This document shows, one piece after another, positions 60,118-64,000 of a DNA stretch of 64,000 bases (positions are counted from its first letter, which is position 1; each line of letters opens with the position of its first letter). A program made the position numbers and the translations under genes. This DNA comes from Patescibacteria group bacterium (GTDB lineage: Bacteria; Patescibacteriota; Patescibacteriia; JAXHNJ01). The DNA lies in the NCBI GenBank assembly GCA_041649715.1, contig JBAZMP010000001.1, positions 309,287-373,286 on the forward strand, given 5' to 3'. The notes under the pieces are model-generated. The model was not told the origin of the DNA and made no database searches. It saw only the letters and a list, made by a program, of their open reading frames with translations.

Positions 60118-62697
60118 TTGTTTCATCTTCTACAAACATTATTGATTTCGAACCAAACAGCTCTGCCGGCCTTGACTAATTTAGGGGGCAAGCAGGCCGG
60201 TTTTTGGCAAAATCCCATACTGGTGGCCGTTTTATATTTTATCGCGGTATTGTTATTTTTGGCGGCGCTCATGTTTTTGGTTCGATATCTTCTGACGCGG
60301 CGCCAGGCCAGACCGGCCTCTTTAAGAAAAATCATCCTTTTAGTGACGCTGCCCAAGGAAGTCGGGAGTAAAGAAAAGCAGCCGGAAAAACCACTCAGGG
60401 AACTTATTGATGAAGCGGAAGCGATGTTTTCTTCTTTGGGCGGTATGCGGGCGCAGCGAGGCTTGGAAGTTTTTTTTACCGGGCGCACTGATCATTTTTC
60501 TCTGGAGATCGCCGCCTATGACGGTTTGATCTCATTTTACGTGGTTGTCCCGGCTTTTTTGCGGACTTACACCGAAGAGCAGATTCATTCCCAGTATCCG
60601 AAAGCGAACATCGAAGAAGTTGAGGATTATAATATTTTTACACCGGAAAGCCAGATCGTGGCCACTTCCCTCCGATTCAAAAAATCCTATATTTTTCCCA
60701 TCAAGACCTACCGTTTGATGGATGTCGATCCCTTAAGCTCGTTGACTAACGTTTTGTCAAAGATCCCGAAAGGAGAAGGGGCGGTTATCCAGTATATTGT
60801 TCGTTCGGCTAAAGCCCAATGGCACGGCCGCGGGGCCGGCGTGGCAAAAAAAATGCACGAAGGCAAAAATTTGAAGGAGGCGCAGGGCGTTCACGGCGTA
60901 AACGCGATCTTTTCGAATTTCGCCAGCATTTTTTTTCCCAAGAAGAAAAAAGAAGAAATGGATTTGCGGCCTAATTTTCGGGTATCCCCGCGCGATGAGG
61001 AAATCGCCAAAAGTTTGGAAGAGAAGACTTCCCGGGCGGGCATGGATGTAAATATACGCCTTATCGTCTCGGCTAAAACGAAAGAACGGGCCCTCGCGCT
61101 GAACCGGGAGATTGTTAATGCTTTTAGCCAGTATAACCTATACGAATACGGTAACGGTTTAGTCAAACGAAACCTCTGGACGCCCTGGAGCCAAAATAAG
61201 TTAGTGATGAGTTATATCTACCGGATGTATAACGAGCGTCATAAATTAATACTTAATTCCGAAGAAATGGCCAGCTTATTTCATTTTCCTCTGGAAAGCA
61301 CCGAAACCCCGAACATCCGCTGGCTGCTCGCCCGCAAGGCGCCCGCGCCGGTTAATCTTCCGTCAGAAGGCATAATCCTGGGGCAAAATATTTTCCGCGG
61401 AGAAAAGAAGCTTGTCCGCCTTAAGCGGGATGACCGTCGCCGGCACGTCTACATGATCGGGATGACCGGCTCGGGTAAATCAGTTCTCATGCAGGAAATG
61501 GTCAAGCAGGATATTCGGAATGGGGACGGTGTCTGCGTGATCGATCCGCATGGCGGACTAGTCGAGGACATTCTGGCCTGTATTCCTAAAGAAAGGGCGG
61601 AAGATGTCGTGCTGTTTGAACCATCTGACGTGGAAAGACCGGTGGGTTTGAATATGCTGGAAGCGACCAGCCCGGAAGAAGCGGATTTTGCCGTTCAGGA
61701 AATGATCGCCATTTTTTACAAGCTTTTTCCGCCGGAGATGATCGGTCCTATGTTTGAGCATAATATGCGCAATGTGATGCTGACCCTAATGGCCGATAAA
61801 GAATATCCCGGCACGATCGCCGATATTCCCCGTATGTTCACCGACAAGGCCTACCAGGAGTACAAATTGAAAAAGGTCACGGATCCGGTCGTGCGGTCAT
61901 TCTGGGAAAAAGAGATGGCGAAAACGACGGATTTCCACAAATCAGAAATGCTGGGCTACTTAATTTCTAAAGTCGGCCGTTTTGTGGAGAACCAGATGAT
62001 GCGCAATATAATCGGTCAGCCGCACTCGGGTTTTAATTTTCGGGAGGTGATGGATAAGCAGAAGGTTTTACTCGTAAATCTCTCCAAAGGAAAAACGGGC
62101 GAAGTTAACAGCAATTTGCTCGGCTTAATCCTTGTTTCCAAACTGCAGATGGCCGCTTTAGCCCGGGCGGATATGCCCGAGAGCGAAAGAAAGGACTTTT
62201 ATCTTTATATCGACGAATTCCAGAATTTCATCACTCCATCCATCGCGACCATTCTGTCTGAGGCAAGGAAATACAAATTGAATTTGATCATGGCTCATCA
62301 ATATCTGGGTCAATTGACGCAGGGGCAAAATAATAATATTCGCGACGCGGTTTTGGGGAACGTCGGCACGCTTATCGCTTTCCGTATCGGCGTTGAAGAC
62401 GCAGAAATTATCGCCCGTCAGCTGGATCCCGTTTTTTCCGAATACGACGTGGTGAATATCGCTCGTTTTAACGCGTATATAAAACTTTTAATTGATAATG
62501 CCACGGCTAAGGCTTTTAATATTGCTACTTTTCCTCCCACTATCGGCAATCCTTTAATTAGCAAAAAAATCAGGGAACTTTCTCGTTTGAAATATGGACG
62601 ATCAAGAATACAGGTTGAGGCAGAATTGATGGAGCGGACAAAATTGGGCGAAGTGATAAAAACACCGTTCCCGAGTTCAGGCGAGAAGAATATTTAG
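60118..62697 (+). CDS. Membrane-anchored VirD4/TraD/HerA-like ATPase
   Basis: RRHVYMIGMTGSGKS, IDPHG, LYIDEFQNF, SEARKY, AHQY. Confidence 0.85.
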   Translation: MFHLLQTLLISNQTALPALTNLGGKQAGFWQNPILVAVLYFIAVLLFLAALMFLVRYLLTRRQARPASLRKIILLVTLPKEVGSKEKQPEKPLRELIDEAEAMFSSLGGMRAQRGLEVFFTGRTDHFSLEIAAYDGLISFYVVVPAFLRTYTEEQIHSQYPKANIEEVEDYNIFTPESQIVATSLRFKKSYIFPIKTYRLMDVDPLSSLTNVLSKIPKGEGAVIQYIVRSAKAQWHGRGAGVAKKMHEGKNLKEAQGVHGVNAIFSNFASIFFPKKKKEEMDLRPNFRVSPRDEEIAKSLEEKTSRAGMDVNIRLIVSAKTKERALALNREIVNAFSQYNLYEYGNGLVKRNLWTPWSQNKLVMSYIYRMYNERHKLILNSEEMASLFHFPLESTETPNIRWLLARKAPAPVNLPSEGIILGQNIFRGEKKLVRLKRDDRRRHVYMIGMTGSGKSVLMQEMVKQDIRNGDGVCVIDPHGGLVEDILACIPKERAEDVVLFEPSDVERPVGLNMLEATSPEEADFAVQEMIAIFYKLFPPEMIGPMFEHNMRNVMLTLMADKEYPGTIADIPRMFTDKAYQEYKLKKVTDPVVRSFWEKEMAKTTDFHKSEMLGYLISKVGRFVENQMMRNIIGQPHSGFNFREVMDKQKVLLVNLSKGKTGEVNSNLLGLILVSKLQMAALARADMPESERKDFYLYIDEFQNFITPSIATILSEARKYKLNLIMAHQYLGQLTQGQNNNIRDAVLGNVGTLIAFRIGVEDAEIIARQLDPVFSEYDVVNIARFNAYIKLLIDNATAKAFNIATFPPTIGNPLISKKIRELSRLKYGRSRIQVEAELMERTKLGEVIKTPFPSSGEKNI

Positions 62698-62733
62698 ATT
62701 GTCCGGAATAAAAATAAGTGCTATCATAAAAAC

Positions 62734-63264
62734 ATGGATAGTCTTTTTTTTATTCTATATTTTTGCCTTATTATCGTTATTGTTGGTACAGCTGCCTGGG
62801 CCGGAATAAAAGCCGCCCCCTGGGTGCCGACACGCCAAAAAGATATTAAACGGATGCTTGAGTTGGCCAGAATAAAACCGTCGGATTTAGTTTACGATCT
62901 GGGGGCGGGAGACGGTCGCTTAGTCGTCGCCGTGGCTAAAGAATATCCGTCTAAAGTGGTCGGCTTTGAATTATCCGTGCTTCCGTATTTGGTCGCTCGC
63001 CTAAGAGTGAGGCTGGCCGGTTTTGGTCCGCGTACAAAAATTTTGTTCAAAGATTTCTATCATTATGATGTTTCGGGAGCGGATGTCATCTTATGTTTCT
63101 TGACCCCTAAGGCGATGAGCCGTCTCAGCCCTAAATTCAGCCGTGAATTAAAAAGCGGGGCCAGGATAATAAGCTATGCCTTCAAAATTAAGGATTGGCC
63201 GATTGCTGAAATAAGCAAGCCTCAGGCGAAAGATACCCCCATATTCCTGCATGTTAAAAAGTAG
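62734..63264 (+). CDS. TM-anchored class I SAM methyltransferase
   Basis: APWVPT, YDLGAGDGR, ELK.GARIISYAF. Confidence 0.8.
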   Translation: MDSLFFILYFCLIIVIVGTAAWAGIKAAPWVPTRQKDIKRMLELARIKPSDLVYDLGAGDGRLVVAVAKEYPSKVVGFELSVLPYLVARLRVRLAGFGPRTKILFKDFYHYDVSGADVILCFLTPKAMSRLSPKFSRELKSGARIISYAFKIKDWPIAEISKPQAKDTPIFLHVKK

Positions 63265-63444
63265 CTTGACGAATTTTTGAGGCTATGTTATTATTCTTTG
63301 GCGACTAAAAATAAAAAAAACAAACTATAAACAAACAATATAAACAAAACCTAAAATTAAAAATAAAACAATTTGTAACGAAAACACAAAAATACAAATC
63401 AGTAAAAAACAAAAGACTAAAAAATAAAATAAAGGAAAATAAAA

Positions 63445-63990
63445 ATGCCAAAACAAAATAAGCTCCAATTAATAAAAAAATTGATTGATTCGGCGGTAGA
63501 CAGCATTAATCAGGCCAAATCCCTTTTAGCCGAATTAACCGGACAGGCGGTATCTTCGGAAGCGGAAGAGAAAGCGCGGGAAGTGGGCAGCGTTGACCTC
63601 TCCACTGACAACACAAAAATAATTGAAGGGGTTTTTGACGGGCAGAATATGATCGGCCCGGACGGCAAGCAGTATTCCATCCCCGCCAATTATGCCTCAA
63701 AATCAAAACTCGTCGAAGGTGACATCTTAAAATTGACCATCATGCCCGATGGTTCTTTTGTTTACAAGCAGATCGGTCCGGTGGAAAGAAAAAGACTCGT
63801 CGGAACCCTCATCAAGGACGAAAGTACCGAGGATTTCAAGGTTTTGTCCGAAAACAAGACTTATGGGTTGCTTTTGGCGAGTGTTACCTATTTCAAGGGT
63901 GATGTCGGTGATGAAGTGGTGATTTTAGTGCCGGAGAAAGGGGAAAGCAGCTGGGCGGCGGTTGAAAATATCATAAAAAAGTCGTTATAA
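63445..63990 (+). CDS. Hypothetical protein, predicted beta-barrel domains
   Basis: EGVFDGQNM..DGKQYSIPANYASKSKLVEGD; complete ORF after an A-rich leader. Confidence 0.7.
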   Translation: MPKQNKLQLIKKLIDSAVDSINQAKSLLAELTGQAVSSEAEEKAREVGSVDLSTDNTKIIEGVFDGQNMIGPDGKQYSIPANYASKSKLVEGDILKLTIMPDGSFVYKQIGPVERKRLVGTLIKDESTEDFKVLSENKTYGLLLASVTYFKGDVGDEVVILVPEKGESSWAAVENIIKKSL

Positions 63991-64000
63991 CTTTTTCGTA

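Overview
Bacterial chromosomal segment, by inference Patescibacteria/CPR (short GAD-less AspRS, short HrcA, TrbC/VirB2-type pilin, lone VirD4-like ATPase, many single-TM proteins with Asn-rich stalks). 1-9 kb is a defence island: DinD, a fused restriction-methylase plus S subunit, a NucS-like nuclease, a HEPN-motif protein, an unannotated DUF1508 gene and an AbiE toxin-antitoxin pair. The rest is mostly + strand housekeeping: asnS, aspS, ybaK, scpAB, tpiA-fba-gap, tRNA-Glu(CTC), two corA, an ABC exporter, CIRCE-hrcA-grpE-hsp20-dnaK...dnaJ and dus. The main unexplained patterns are: (1) about 11 self-contained, mostly antisense orphan-gene cassettes with one shared grammar (TTGACA-like-N17-TAnnnT promoter, strong SD, usually an own terminator, some with boxA-like leaders), seven of them stacked between dnaK and dnaJ with a repeated ~30-bp junction; (2) single-gene insertions bracketed by diverged duplicate copies of neighbouring gene ends; (3) several families of palindromic or heptamer repeats, one in-frame in grpE; (4) a membrane-anchored single-module Clp ATPase; (5) a candidate rod-shaped ncRNA before scpA. 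All family calls come from motif recognition by eye; no database search was run.
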